In this document: one piece after another, positions 8,877-17,968 of the stretch
Numbering within the stretch: position 1 is the stretch's first letter
How the letters are laid out: every line of letters begins with the position of its first letter
Virus record (IMG/VR): IMGVR_UViG_3300010376_000048
Span: 1 to 48,553 of that record
Source of the DNA: a virus
Lineage: Duplodnaviria > Caudoviricetes
DNA: 48,553 nucleotides
Direction: 5' to 3' (one strand)
Program-made: the position numbers and the translations under genes
The notes under the pieces: generated by a model
What the model saw: only the letters and a program-made list of their open reading frames with translations
Told to the model about the DNA's origin: nothing
Databases searched by the model: none

Positions 8877-9359
8877 ATGCGCAAAATCCTCATTGGCGCG
8901 GGGGCGCTACTTGCCCTCGCTCTGGGCATCGGGGTTGGCTTCTATGCCCAAGGCCAGCCCGTCACTCAGCAATCCATCTCTGGTAACGAATGCTGGAACG
9001 CTGGGCAGGGCCCTGGAGGCCCTTCTCAGTTTCTCTGCATCAACCAGGTGCGGAATGGTGCAGCTCTAACGATCTTCTCGGGGTCTGGTGCTCAGACCTT
9101 TACCGCTACCCAAGCCAACTCGACCCTGTTCTGGAGTGGCACCGCCCCTACGACCTGGACCATCACCCTGCCATCCCCAGCATTCGATGGCGAGATAATC
9201 TCGGTCGGCACCGACACTACCCTGACCACCCTGGTAACCGTAAACGCAGGGACCGGCCAGACCATGAATGGTACTTTCACCAGCCAGACGATCTCCGCAA
9301 ACACTTCGGTTGAGTTTCAATTCAACGCGTCTGGCGCCAAATGGTATAGGGCACGCTGA
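8877..9359 (+). CDS. Signal-peptide-bearing beta-rich virion/decoration-like protein
   Basis: MRKILIGAGALLALALGIGVGFYAQG-Q; TITLPSPAFDGE.I and C-terminal WYR motif typical of small tail/decoration domains; 2 Cys. Confidence 0.7.
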   Translation: MRKILIGAGALLALALGIGVGFYAQGQPVTQQSISGNECWNAGQGPGGPSQFLCINQVRNGAALTIFSGSGAQTFTATQANSTLFWSGTAPTTWTITLPSPAFDGEIISVGTDTTLTTLVTVNAGTGQTMNGTFTSQTISANTSVEFQFNASGAKWYRAR

Positions 9360-9613
9360 TGGCAAGGGTTCGACTTACCGCTGCGCTCGTGGTTGGCCAT
9401 ACGAAGCTGAAGGCCGGTGCAACCGTGGCCGATTCTACTGGAGCAGCCCAAGCTGGTGACTTCGTGTGGACCGGCCTCAACTCCACCACCTTCAACAACG
9501 CAATGGTTCCGCTGGATGGGGCAGCGACAACCATGCAAGCAGCATCGAGGTGGCCATCTGGCCCGACGGTACCTTACCCCGACGGGGTTAACTCAGTTGG
9601 AGGTGTTGGCTGA
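9359..9613 (+). CDS. Hypothetical virion-module protein
   Basis: TGATG coupling on both sides. Confidence 0.7.
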   Translation: MARVRLTAALVVGHTKLKAGATVADSTGAAQAGDFVWTGLNSTTFNNAMVPLDGAATTMQAASRWPSGPTVPYPDGVNSVGGVG

Positions 9614-10146
9614 TGGCTAGATGGCAGTTGAAGGTGCCACACTACCTGATGGTAGAGGGCACCAAATGGGAATACTCAGAGGTCGACCGTATCACCGGTC
9701 GGCCGAAGAGGGTGCAATTCAACGTCCCCCGTTATCTCGACCCTGGTGACCCAGCGGATCAAACCGTGAAGGTTCCGGGGTTTCCTGAAGAGGGCAAGCT
9801 CAACGTCACCAATGGCGGAACCCACGAAGCGAACGATGTTGTGTTCGTTGGTGACCCTGGGCCGGATATGATACCCCTTGATGACGAGGCTAAAGCCATT
9901 TCAGCTTCGTTCTCGAAGAAATGGGTCAACCCGATTGAGGACCTGCCGGTTAACATGACCTATGCTGACCGGTTGCTTGAGAGCCTTCAGTCCGAGGTCG
10001 CCCAGCTTCAATCTCAGCCGAAGTCTGCCCCAGCGAGCGACCTTGGCGAGCTGAAGGACCTGATGGTGCAGCAGTCGAAGATGTTCACTGACTTGCTTAC
10101 TGTCTTTGGCGCAATGGCGAAGGCGCAAACCGTTCGGAGGGTCTGA
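9613..10146 (+). CDS. Hypothetical protein (ends TVRRV)
   Basis: Coupled ORF with a C-terminal coiled coil. Confidence 0.75.
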   Translation: MARWQLKVPHYLMVEGTKWEYSEVDRITGRPKRVQFNVPRYLDPGDPADQTVKVPGFPEEGKLNVTNGGTHEANDVVFVGDPGPDMIPLDDEAKAISASFSKKWVNPIEDLPVNMTYADRLLESLQSEVAQLQSQPKSAPASDLGELKDLMVQQSKMFTDLLTVFGAMAKAQTVRRV

Positions 10147-11576
10147 TGCGCAAACTCCTTCTCGCTGCGTTATTGGCGCTGCTACCACATGAGGCCTCTG
10201 CGCAGTCCCAGACCATGCCCCCGCCAGCGGGAATGATTGTGGCCCTCTGCGCCAGTAACGTGGCTTCGCCAACGCCCATCGCTGGGCTTCCCTACATCCT
10301 TCAATGCGATAACACTGGGGCCTTGAAGGTCAACGCCTCGGTCACGGCATCGATTGCTGGCTTTGCTCCAGCAGCCACCTTCGCGACCATCACTACTGGT
10401 GCGGCTTCGGTCTCGACGGCCTTACCTGCGGGCGCTGTAGTACTGTTCCAGAACACCGGCACAACCGCGGTCAGCTGCACCCTTGGGGTTGGCGCTGCCA
10501 CTGCGACGGCAAACCAGAATATCGTCCAGCCTGGGTCCTGGCTTGCTTTGACAGTTGGGGCCAATACCTTCGGGGCTTGCATTCCAACCTCCGGTTCGAC
10601 CGCCAACCTTGTGGTGTTGTCTGGCGGGTCCGGTCTTCCCACTGGCTCTGGTGGCGGTGGTGGAGCGGGTGGTGGCGGAGCTGTCTTCAGTTCCACCGCG
10701 CCAGTCTCGACCATGAACTCTGCGAGCGCCAACGCTGGTCTCAACTCCGCGATTGCGGGCAACTTTGACGACGCTACCACTACCCTCTGCACTGAGAATA
10801 ACTTCTGCTTCCTGCGGATGTCGACCAACCGAAACCTCTATGGAACGATCCGCGACGCAGCGGGCAACGAACGCGGGGCGAACGTCGATGCAAGTGGCAA
10901 TCTTTCGGTTGCGGTCAACAACACTCCGACGGTTTCTGGCACGGTGACCGCCAATCAGGGTGGCACTTGGACCGTTCAGCCTGGGAACACCGCGAACACG
11001 ACCCCTTGGCTGGCGACGATCAACCAGGGCGGCAACTCCGCGACGGTCTCTGCGGCTGGGGCGTTGAGTCACAACACCACTCAGCTTGGCGGCAACACCA
11101 TTAACCTTGGAACTGGCGCTACCAGCACTGGCACTCAGCGGGTTGTGACTGCAAGTGACAGCCCTGAAATAGCAATCCTTAACACCATTTCTACCAACAC
11201 TGCGTCGTCGATCCCACCCGCCCCGGCCGGCAGCGGCAACGTGCTGACTGGCAACAGCTGTGGCTCAGCGGCCGACAATTGCGTGCTAAAGGCATCGGCC
11301 GGGAACCTGTATGGTGTCTATGCCGAGTGCACCTCAGCTTGCTGGCTGATGGTGTTCAACGCCACGGCAAAGCCCGCGAATGGGGCGACGACCGCTGGGA
11401 ACGCCAGTGGCAACCTCGTTGAGTGCATCGATGTGGCCGCGAATAGCTCGCGTTCGCTGACCTACCCAGTGTTCCCACGGGCGTTTACAGTGGGGATCGT
11501 AGCGGTTGTTAGTTCGACGGCCTGTGCCACTTTGACCGCTAGTGCCGTTGGCTTCATCAGCGGAACGGTGATGTGA
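10146..11576 (+). CDS. Secreted-type fibre/adhesin-like protein
   Basis: Signal peptide MRKLLLAALLALLPHEASA-Q; A/T/G-rich beta repeats, VSGTVTANQGGTW fibre repeat; 12 Cys. Confidence 0.75.
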   Translation: MRKLLLAALLALLPHEASAQSQTMPPPAGMIVALCASNVASPTPIAGLPYILQCDNTGALKVNASVTASIAGFAPAATFATITTGAASVSTALPAGAVVLFQNTGTTAVSCTLGVGAATATANQNIVQPGSWLALTVGANTFGACIPTSGSTANLVVLSGGSGLPTGSGGGGGAGGGGAVFSSTAPVSTMNSASANAGLNSAIAGNFDDATTTLCTENNFCFLRMSTNRNLYGTIRDAAGNERGANVDASGNLSVAVNNTPTVSGTVTANQGGTWTVQPGNTANTTPWLATINQGGNSATVSAAGALSHNTTQLGGNTINLGTGATSTGTQRVVTASDSPEIAILNTISTNTASSIPPAPAGSGNVLTGNSCGSAADNCVLKASAGNLYGVYAECTSACWLMVFNATAKPANGATTAGNASGNLVECIDVAANSSRSLTYPVFPRAFTVGIVAVVSSTACATLTASAVGFISGTVM

Positions 11577-12082
11577 TGCTTAAAACCTGGGACCGAGTTA
11601 TGTTCTCCATCGGCATTATTCTGTTGCTGATGGCGCTCAATATCGATGACAAGCCGCAGGCTCAGTACGCTGGGTATGGCAACGATGCCATCCTCAACGC
11701 TGGGCCTGCCAATCCGATCGGCCTTACTACGGCTGGGATGTTTGGATTGGGCTCAACGTGCAAGATCACTCCGATTAACGTGACCCGTGTGATCGTGAGC
11801 GTGACAGGTAACCTCACCCTCACCGCAGCTGGTAACGTGATCACCTCCCTGCGCTTCGGCACTGGTACCGCGCCAATTAATGGAGCCGCAGCGACTGGCA
11901 CGACCATAAGCAGCGTCATGACTTTCTTTGCTGTTAGCGGAGCCTTGGCACAGCCTATCACTTGGACTGGAATCCAGTCCGGCCTGACACCCGGTACCGC
12001 GATTTGGTTCGACGTAGCTGTCACGCCATCAACCGGAACGGTGACTATGCCTAGTATCGGTTGCTTTGCAGCGGGGATATAG
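11576..12082 (+). CDS. Secreted-type beta-sandwich protein
   Basis: Hydrophobic N-terminus ending PQA-Q; T/G-rich strands; 2 Cys. Confidence 0.7.
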   Translation: MLKTWDRVMFSIGIILLLMALNIDDKPQAQYAGYGNDAILNAGPANPIGLTTAGMFGLGSTCKITPINVTRVIVSVTGNLTLTAAGNVITSLRFGTGTAPINGAAATGTTISSVMTFFAVSGALAQPITWTGIQSGLTPGTAIWFDVAVTPSTGTVTMPSIGCFAAGI

Positions 12083-12083
12083 C

Positions 12084-12692
12084 ATGAAGCGCCTCCTTCC
12101 GATCTTGCTGTGTGGCTGCATCCTTGCCTTTGGCCCATCAATTGCTGTGCTGGCCCAGCTCATCACCAGCAGCGGGGGAGGTGGTGGCGGCACACCTGGG
12201 GGGAGCAACACCCAGTTCCAGTACAACAACAGCGGGGCGTTTGGTGGCACTCCTAACCTGACGTTAGGAGGGGCAACGATAGCTGGTGGTCTAGATCTGT
12301 GGATGACGGGGCGCAATGTTATTGTTGAAAAATTTGTCTTTTTCAACGCTAACAATGCGGTGACGTTGGCGAATGGGAACAACGTCAACATCACGGTAAA
12401 CAGTTCTTACAATCGTATCACTGGGCCAAGCGCGGTGTTCAACGTCAATTGCATCACCTTTCCACAGAATGCGGCTTATGGCGGAGCCAGTGCTGGGGAA
12501 ATGGTTGTGTTCTACAATGCGGTGGCGTTCGCGATGACGATCAAGAACGAGGATACCACCAACTGCACGACGGCAGCTAACCGTATCAAAACCCTGACCG
12601 GTGCGGATGTAACCCTGCGGGCAGGGACGAGTTCGGCAACGTTTTATTACGATGGCACCGATGCCCGTTGGATACTTACGGGAACAAACTGA
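12084..12692 (+). CDS. Secreted-type tail-fibre-like protein
   Basis: Signal peptide ending AVLA-Q; PGGSNTQFQYNNSGAFGG fibre motif; ANRI...YDGT..RW C-terminal domain. Confidence 0.75.
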   Translation: MKRLLPILLCGCILAFGPSIAVLAQLITSSGGGGGGTPGGSNTQFQYNNSGAFGGTPNLTLGGATIAGGLDLWMTGRNVIVEKFVFFNANNAVTLANGNNVNITVNSSYNRITGPSAVFNVNCITFPQNAAYGGASAGEMVVFYNAVAFAMTIKNEDTTNCTTAANRIKTLTGADVTLRAGTSSATFYYDGTDARWILTGTN

Positions 12693-12704
12693 TGAGAGGG
12701 CAGC

Positions 12705-12878
12705 ATGACATGGCGGATTTGCGCGATCGTTGGGTTCCTAATCTTGTTCATCGGTGCCGCGAGCGCGTGGCGGCATGGCGCGGCCAACTGCTCCGGTGGG
12801 GGGTTTCTGGTGACGGACGCGCTGAGCTGCACCGACATCTTGACGACGGATGCAGCGGACCCGCTCACCCCGAACTGA
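12705..12878 (+). CDS. Nested 57-aa signal-peptide protein (not in ORF track)
   Basis: MTWRICAIVGFLILFIGAASA-WRHG..FLVTDALSCTDILTTDAADPLTPN; GAGGG SD; C-terminus resembles that of 32638-32877. Confidence 0.6.
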   Translation: MTWRICAIVGFLILFIGAASAWRHGAANCSGGGFLVTDALSCTDILTTDAADPLTPN

Positions 12879-14626
12879 TCAGCTATCTTGACGACGAATG
12901 CAGGAAATTCGTTGCTACCAAACTAATTGACAAGCGGACCGCGCTGATCGGTGGGGCCGGCCTTGCTGCACTGTTTTCCTCGCAGGCCGAGGCAGCTACA
13001 CAGTTCACCACCTGGCCGTTCCTGGCCACAGGGGGAACTAGCGGTGGCATGACGATGCCCGCTCGATTGGCGTTGCAGCGTAACGTCAAGGATTTTGGGG
13101 CCGTCGGTGATGGCGTTGCTGATGATACCACCGCAATCCAGGCCGCCATCAACGCAGCATCGACACAGGGCGCACCAGGGCGCACTCCGGGTGGGACGGT
13201 CTATATACCAGCGGGCGCTTACAAGGTGACTGCTGCGTTAACCCCACCCAACAATGGATGTCGCATCAGGGTGATTGGTGATGGCTCGCTCGCGACGTAC
13301 ATCTTCAGCAACAATCAGATTTGGATATTTGACTGCGCTGGAACGTCTGGAAACGGCGTGTTCCAAGAGTTTTCTCACCTCAACATCGTGAACAACTTTG
13401 CCCCTCTTAGCGCGGGTGAGGATGCTTCCTTCGGGTGCATTCGAATTGGGGGTGGAGTTGCAGGCGTGTCGCCTGGTATCTATGGGGGCCTATTGAGCAA
13501 CTGTGAATTCGGTGGATTTAACTGTGTTCTTGCCAATCTCAATGTATTTCAGACTGTCATGGTAGCCTGTAATGCTACGGGGACTTATGACTGGGGAGGC
13601 GTCGCGTTCGACGTTGGTGGGACGACCTGCATCGCCTGTCATGCTGCCGCCTACTGGAACGGATTCAGGATCGCCAGAAACACCTCCGGTGGGATGCTCG
13701 GTTGTCGTACCGAAAACTGCTACTACGGTACCATTCTTGGGATGGATGAGACTGGGGCTGCACAGAAAGCGTTTGGCGTCGTGGTTGCTGGTCTGACGAC
13801 GGAACGGTGTAGCATTGGCATTTTGGTCAATTTCTGTGAGGAATCCACCATCAGTGCAGTTGTGATTACCGGAACCTATGGTTCCGACAATGGAGCCAGC
13901 AATTTCAATTGGACCGCTGGGACAGTGACGGTGACCGTTAGGGCCAACCAATCTCTTAGCAAGTTCGGTTGGACGACCAACGCCACGACCCGGCAAGTGA
14001 TGATCAATGACCCTGTCGGGTCAGGTACCAACTCGTTCGGAACACCTGGAACAACTGTGACTGGGACGCGGACGAGTGACACGACGTTCACTTATCCGCT
14101 AGCTACCTTTACCGGTGTCAACAACAGAAGCAACGTGGTGTGGACGCTCGGCATCGTGGCCGGTGTGCAGTTCAAGTATTTTGACGGCTCGTTCGTTTGT
14201 AGTGGCGTCGATGCGCGCGGAAACAGTGCTGGCTCCTACGCGACTGGCGGAGTGGGGTTTGACTTTTATGGCGGGAACACTTTTGGGCAGACCAACAACT
14301 GTACGCTGGTTGGATGCAATGCCGGTGTTGGTGGTTGGTCTATGCCTCCTGCCAAATACAAGGCTGGTTATCAATTCACCAATTGCGACAACCCGACGGG
14401 ATCGACTACGGACGTGGCGGGCAACCAGGCGGGGATGAATTTTGCGGACTTGCCGGGGCAGGCCAGCGTGCAACTGACTACCCCCATTGAGGGCATGACC
14501 TATGACATCGTCAACTGCAACACATCGACGTTCTTGGCAGCAGCAGCTGGAGGCGGCTCTGGTGCTACAGCACATCGTCGGGTCCGCTACAACGCGGCAA
14601 CTCCTGGATGGCAGGTGGTAGGCTGA
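12710..14626 (+). CDS. Tailspike / right-handed beta-helix polysaccharide depolymerase; start uncertain
   Basis: NVKDFGAVGDGVADDTTAIQAAINAA...GGTVYIPAGAY pectate-lyase-3-type cap followed by beta-helix repeats; Tat-like segment upstream. Confidence 0.85.
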   Translation: MADLRDRWVPNLVHRCRERVAAWRGQLLRWGVSGDGRAELHRHLDDGCSGPAHPELISYLDDECRKFVATKLIDKRTALIGGAGLAALFSSQAEAATQFTTWPFLATGGTSGGMTMPARLALQRNVKDFGAVGDGVADDTTAIQAAINAASTQGAPGRTPGGTVYIPAGAYKVTAALTPPNNGCRIRVIGDGSLATYIFSNNQIWIFDCAGTSGNGVFQEFSHLNIVNNFAPLSAGEDASFGCIRIGGGVAGVSPGIYGGLLSNCEFGGFNCVLANLNVFQTVMVACNATGTYDWGGVAFDVGGTTCIACHAAAYWNGFRIARNTSGGMLGCRTENCYYGTILGMDETGAAQKAFGVVVAGLTTERCSIGILVNFCEESTISAVVITGTYGSDNGASNFNWTAGTVTVTVRANQSLSKFGWTTNATTRQVMINDPVGSGTNSFGTPGTTVTGTRTSDTTFTYPLATFTGVNNRSNVVWTLGIVAGVQFKYFDGSFVCSGVDARGNSAGSYATGGVGFDFYGGNTFGQTNNCTLVGCNAGVGGWSMPPAKYKAGYQFTNCDNPTGSTTDVAGNQAGMNFADLPGQASVQLTTPIEGMTYDIVNCNTSTFLAAAAGGGSGATAHRRVRYNAATPGWQVVG

Positions 14627-15081
14627 TGGCAGACCTCGATCAGGGCGGTAGCGCCTTTCAGTTCGTGAACGTCAACCTTGGCCCGACTCTTGGTTGGTTT
14701 CGGGGGCAGGTTGAGTCCATGCCTCAGCGGAGGATTACCGTTGGTGGCGCCACTAACATTGGCGCTGGGGATTCCCTTGTCTTGGTTGATGCTGGGGCGA
14801 ACAACGTCACGCTGAACCTTCCGGATGTGACTCAGTGGCTTGCGATTTCCCAAGTCCTTCCGCTGAACATTAGCCAGATCGTGCCCTACGTCCAGGGCTT
14901 TGAGAGGGCGATTTGGATTAAGGACTTCGGTGGCAATGCGGCTACCAACAACATTAGCATTGTGCCGTATGGCACGCAGACCATCGATAAGTTCAACATG
15001 CCCTTTAAGATCGTGCAGGCCCGAATGCTTCTTCGTCTTTACCCGATAGTAAGTGGAGCAACTGGATGGTTAAGTGGCTAG
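14626..15081 (+). CDS. Tail-associated protein without signal peptide
   Basis: VTLNLP...IWIKDFGGNAATNNISIVP.GTQTID motif, seen in small phage tail/fibre-anchor domains. Confidence 0.65.
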   Translation: MADLDQGGSAFQFVNVNLGPTLGWFRGQVESMPQRRITVGGATNIGAGDSLVLVDAGANNVTLNLPDVTQWLAISQVLPLNISQIVPYVQGFERAIWIKDFGGNAATNNISIVPYGTQTIDKFNMPFKIVQARMLLRLYPIVSGATGWLSG

Positions 15082-16208
15082 CCCTTGCTACCTCGTGCCT
15101 GACTGCGCTGTGGCCGGTCTTGGCAGTGGCCCAGGATATCCCTGCCCATTCGATGCCGATAGGCCAGGGTCCTGGGGTTGTTGGTTGGGGCGTTGGCGGA
15201 CCTTGCAATGCAGGACAGGTGTTGGTCTGGCAAGGTGGCCCAGGGGCCGATCCAAGCTGTGCTACTGCGGGGGGCGGTGGCGGTGGCTTTCCTGCGACCT
15301 CTCAACTGTCCTTCTTCGTTGCAACGACAGGGGACAACGCGAACAACTGTATTACGGCTGCGACTGCATGCTTCACAATTGAATACGTTATAAGGCTGTG
15401 CCCAATTGGCACCCGTTGCGTCATCAACATCGCTCCAGGAACCTATGTTGCTTACGGTGACCCCACCCACCCAAGCAACCCCACCGACCCAATTGCGCCT
15501 ATGATAGCGAGCCCTGCGTACAACACTTTCTATTATCGAACAATTAATTTCTCCGGTAAAGACCCTGTTTCTGGCAGCTGCAATGTGAACAACGTGAATA
15601 TCCATGCCGGGGAGAACGGCCAGACCATCTTTGAGTCCCAAGATCATGCCGTGATCTTTGTGTCCTGTTTGACCTTCGTCAACAACCCCATTCCTGGAGC
15701 CTGTGGTGGAAGCCCGTGCACTGGGGTTTTTATGATTGATGGTAGGCAACTTGCGATTGTTGACGCTGATGACATTCAGATCACCAACAACTGGGTTAAC
15801 GGAACCTTCCTTTCCGCAACTGACCTTGCTTCGGTGAACTGTGGCAACACCTTCCGGATGCAATCATTCGGAACTGCTCCGAACTCGCTGAATGCTCTTG
15901 GGGTTGCTCAGGCCAGAGCTAAGCTCAACTGGGCCTGCCAAGGCAGCTTCTTTGCCTCCGGATCATGGACCACTGCTGCGTTTGTTGCGTCTGGTGGGGC
16001 TATGATCGATCTGTCGGGGGGTTCGGGGTTCCCGAGCTTTAACCTCAACACCGGGGTGACCATCACTGGTCCTCAATGCAATATAACCCAAGGGGCGATC
16101 ATGCTTTCGGCTCAACAGCTACCGCCACCGCCTCCAGCTGGGGGTGGAACTGGAATCCCCGGAACCGCTGGGTCCTGCACTACTGGTGGGGGAGGGATGG
16201 TGTTCTAA
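15066..16208 (+). CDS. Secreted-type Cys-rich beta-helix protein
   Basis: Signal peptide ending AVA-Q; FVATTGDNANNC.....CFTI..INIAPGTY beta-helix cap; 14 Cys in mature part. Confidence 0.75.
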   Translation: MVKWLALATSCLTALWPVLAVAQDIPAHSMPIGQGPGVVGWGVGGPCNAGQVLVWQGGPGADPSCATAGGGGGGFPATSQLSFFVATTGDNANNCITAATACFTIEYVIRLCPIGTRCVINIAPGTYVAYGDPTHPSNPTDPIAPMIASPAYNTFYYRTINFSGKDPVSGSCNVNNVNIHAGENGQTIFESQDHAVIFVSCLTFVNNPIPGACGGSPCTGVFMIDGRQLAIVDADDIQITNNWVNGTFLSATDLASVNCGNTFRMQSFGTAPNSLNALGVAQARAKLNWACQGSFFASGSWTTAAFVASGGAMIDLSGGSGFPSFNLNTGVTITGPQCNITQGAIMLSAQQLPPPPPAGGGTGIPGTAGSCTTGGGGMVF

Positions 16209-16870
16209 TGCGTAAGCTCATTGCATTAGCTCTGGCCTTGCTTCCGACCTTGGCGTCGGCCCAGTCTACAAACCAGACCTTGGGAACTGACTTTGGCAAC
16301 GCCGCGTTGTCGACTGGGGCATGCCCGTCGGGCGGTACCAACATATGCTCTACCACCCCAGCTATTGGCGTTAATACCCGCGAAATCGCGACGATGGCGT
16401 CGTTGATAAGTGGGACGAGGCCTCAGATATCCGCGCAGGTGTCGGCTGACACATCGTCAGGGGCAGGCGCGTGCAGTACTGGAATTGTAAGTGGGACCCC
16501 ATGCCAGATCATTTGGAACCTTGCGGATGTTGACACAGCGGGAGGCCTCAACACCTCCACCGGTAGTTATGCCGTTGCCACTCCTGGGACTTACGTCTTC
16601 TGCGCCACCGTTACCTTTCAATACACCCCTACCTTCACCCCAGCCAATGCCATTGTACAAATCCTTAAGAATGGAAGTGTTGTTGCAACGACGAGGGATT
16701 CTTATCCGGTCTTGACTAATCTTCAAGCCGCGAAGACCATATGTAGGATGGCAACCTTTGCTTTGAACGACTTGCTAACAACCAACATTCTTATGATTGG
16801 AAACGCGTTTGTCATTAAGGGCTCTACCACTGGGATCACCACGTTCTACGGAGCAAGGATAGGACCGTAA
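16208..16870 (+). CDS. Secreted-type protein with C-terminal C1q/TNF-like domain
   Basis: MRKLIALALALLPTLASA-Q; IWN...D..GG.N.STG.Y....PG.Y.F, ILKNG, terminal F.G..I; 6 Cys. Confidence 0.75.
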   Translation: MRKLIALALALLPTLASAQSTNQTLGTDFGNAALSTGACPSGGTNICSTTPAIGVNTREIATMASLISGTRPQISAQVSADTSSGAGACSTGIVSGTPCQIIWNLADVDTAGGLNTSTGSYAVATPGTYVFCATVTFQYTPTFTPANAIVQILKNGSVVATTRDSYPVLTNLQAAKTICRMATFALNDLLTTNILMIGNAFVIKGSTTGITTFYGARIGP

Positions 16871-16871
16871 C

Positions 16872-17039
16872 ATGCCTAGCTCATCGAAGCCCCAGGCCAG
16901 GATGATGGCCGCTGCTGCACACAACCCGAAGTTCGCGAAGAAGGTTGGGGTGCCCCAAGGCGTAGCTAAGGACTTCAACCGAGCGGATGCCAAGACCGGT
17001 ATCTTGCGGAAGAAGAAGAGGCCACAGAATGGCGACTGA
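16872..17039 (+). CDS. Small basic phage protein (not in ORF track)
   Basis: MPSSSKPQARMMAAAAHNPKFAKKVGVPQGVAKDFNRAD, a pattern I recognise from small phage structural-region genes; AGGA SD. Confidence 0.75.
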   Translation: MPSSSKPQARMMAAAAHNPKFAKKVGVPQGVAKDFNRADAKTGILRKKKRPQNGD

Positions 17040-17307
17040 AGAAGATGACTTCCAGCGGGTTCATATCGACCAACGGGTTCCACCGAAGATCGATCGGTTG
17101 GCGCTGTACTACCACAACCTGATCTACATCAAGTACTACTGGGAAACCATTGGCCAGCAGGTCGATCCGACGTTCGCGAGGGAAATGCAGCGAGTGCACA
17201 ACGAGCTGATGGAAGAGATTGAAATGGAGCAGGGCCAAGGTGGCCTGCTTGATAGAAGGGAGAAGGCACTTGAAGCAAGGAAGAGCAAGTCTATCCGGCG
17301 CATATGA
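17029..17307 (+). CDS. Hypothetical protein (ends SIRRI)
   Basis: GAGG SD, ATG 17029. Confidence 0.65.
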   Translation: MATEEDDFQRVHIDQRVPPKIDRLALYYHNLIYIKYYWETIGQQVDPTFAREMQRVHNELMEEIEMEQGQGGLLDRREKALEARKSKSIRRI

Positions 17308-17476
17308 CCGAAAGGTCGAGCCGAAGTCGCACGCGATTAACCCTGGGTGGGTTTCGCAATTGGGCACCGCGGTTGATCCAAAGGCCGTGGAGCAGATGCA
17401 TAAGGGCCGGGGCTACAAGGCCCCGGTAGCGGCACCAACCTGTCATCATTCTGGTTCACAAGGGAGGCACAAGTGA
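17270..17476 (+). CDS. Small basic hypothetical protein
   Basis: GGAG SD then TTG start; ends GSQGRHK. Confidence 0.55.
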   Translation: MKQGRASLSGAYDRKVEPKSHAINPGWVSQLGTAVDPKAVEQMHKGRGYKAPVAAPTCHHSGSQGRHK

Positions 17477-17703
17477 CCGACGACACAAAGGCTGAAATGG
17501 ACGTTGAGAAGGTGCACCATCTTCTGAACATATCCTCACTGGCCGCTGGGTTCCCGAACCTGGGGCCGATTCGGGACGCAGCTGCGAAGCTGCTTGCGCA
17601 GATTGCGGCTGACCTGCTGAAGGAGGTTGAGGCCGAGCTTGCGAAGAAAGCGGAAGTCCCAAACCCCCAGTTCGTACAGCCGGAGGAGGAGCACAATGCC
17701 TAG
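17473..17703 (+). CDS. Hypothetical protein
   Basis: GGAGG SD, GTGA overlap. Confidence 0.65.
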   Translation: MTDDTKAEMDVEKVHHLLNISSLAAGFPNLGPIRDAAAKLLAQIAADLLKEVEAELAKKAEVPNPQFVQPEEEHNA

Positions 17704-17968
17704 GGATATCCTCTCCGAGTATGGCCCAGAGCACCATTCTCCCAAACCAGCGCGCGCTGAGTCTGGTGGATGTACTTCGGCTAGAGATGTAAGGGCCTAC
17801 CAACCTCCGAAAGGGCCAACGAACATCAACGATCCGAAGGGCCCAGGGCTCCATGGTGATAACTATGGGAACGCAGGGACGCAAGGGAAGACCTCGATCT
17901 CTTGTGGTGAATCTGGCTCCCCTGGGCTTCATGGGCAGAGCAAAGGCCATGGGACCAATAGGGGATGA
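17696..17968 (+). CDS. Small G/P-rich protein with internal PGLHG repeat
   Basis: GGAGGAG SD; PGLHG occurs twice. Confidence 0.65.
   Translation: MPRDILSEYGPEHHSPKPARAESGGCTSARDVRAYQPPKGPTNINDPKGPGLHGDNYGNAGTQGKTSISCGESGSPGLHGQSKGHGTNRG

Noticed and set aside
12689-12730. Other CTGATGA occurrences (e.g. 3511, 12689, 32422, 47879) as further hammerheads
   Set aside because: No correctly placed GAAA or flanking stems
12668-16870. Diversity-generating retroelement, given the BPP-1-like head genes
   Set aside because: No reverse transcriptase, no avd, and no template/variable repeat pair seen
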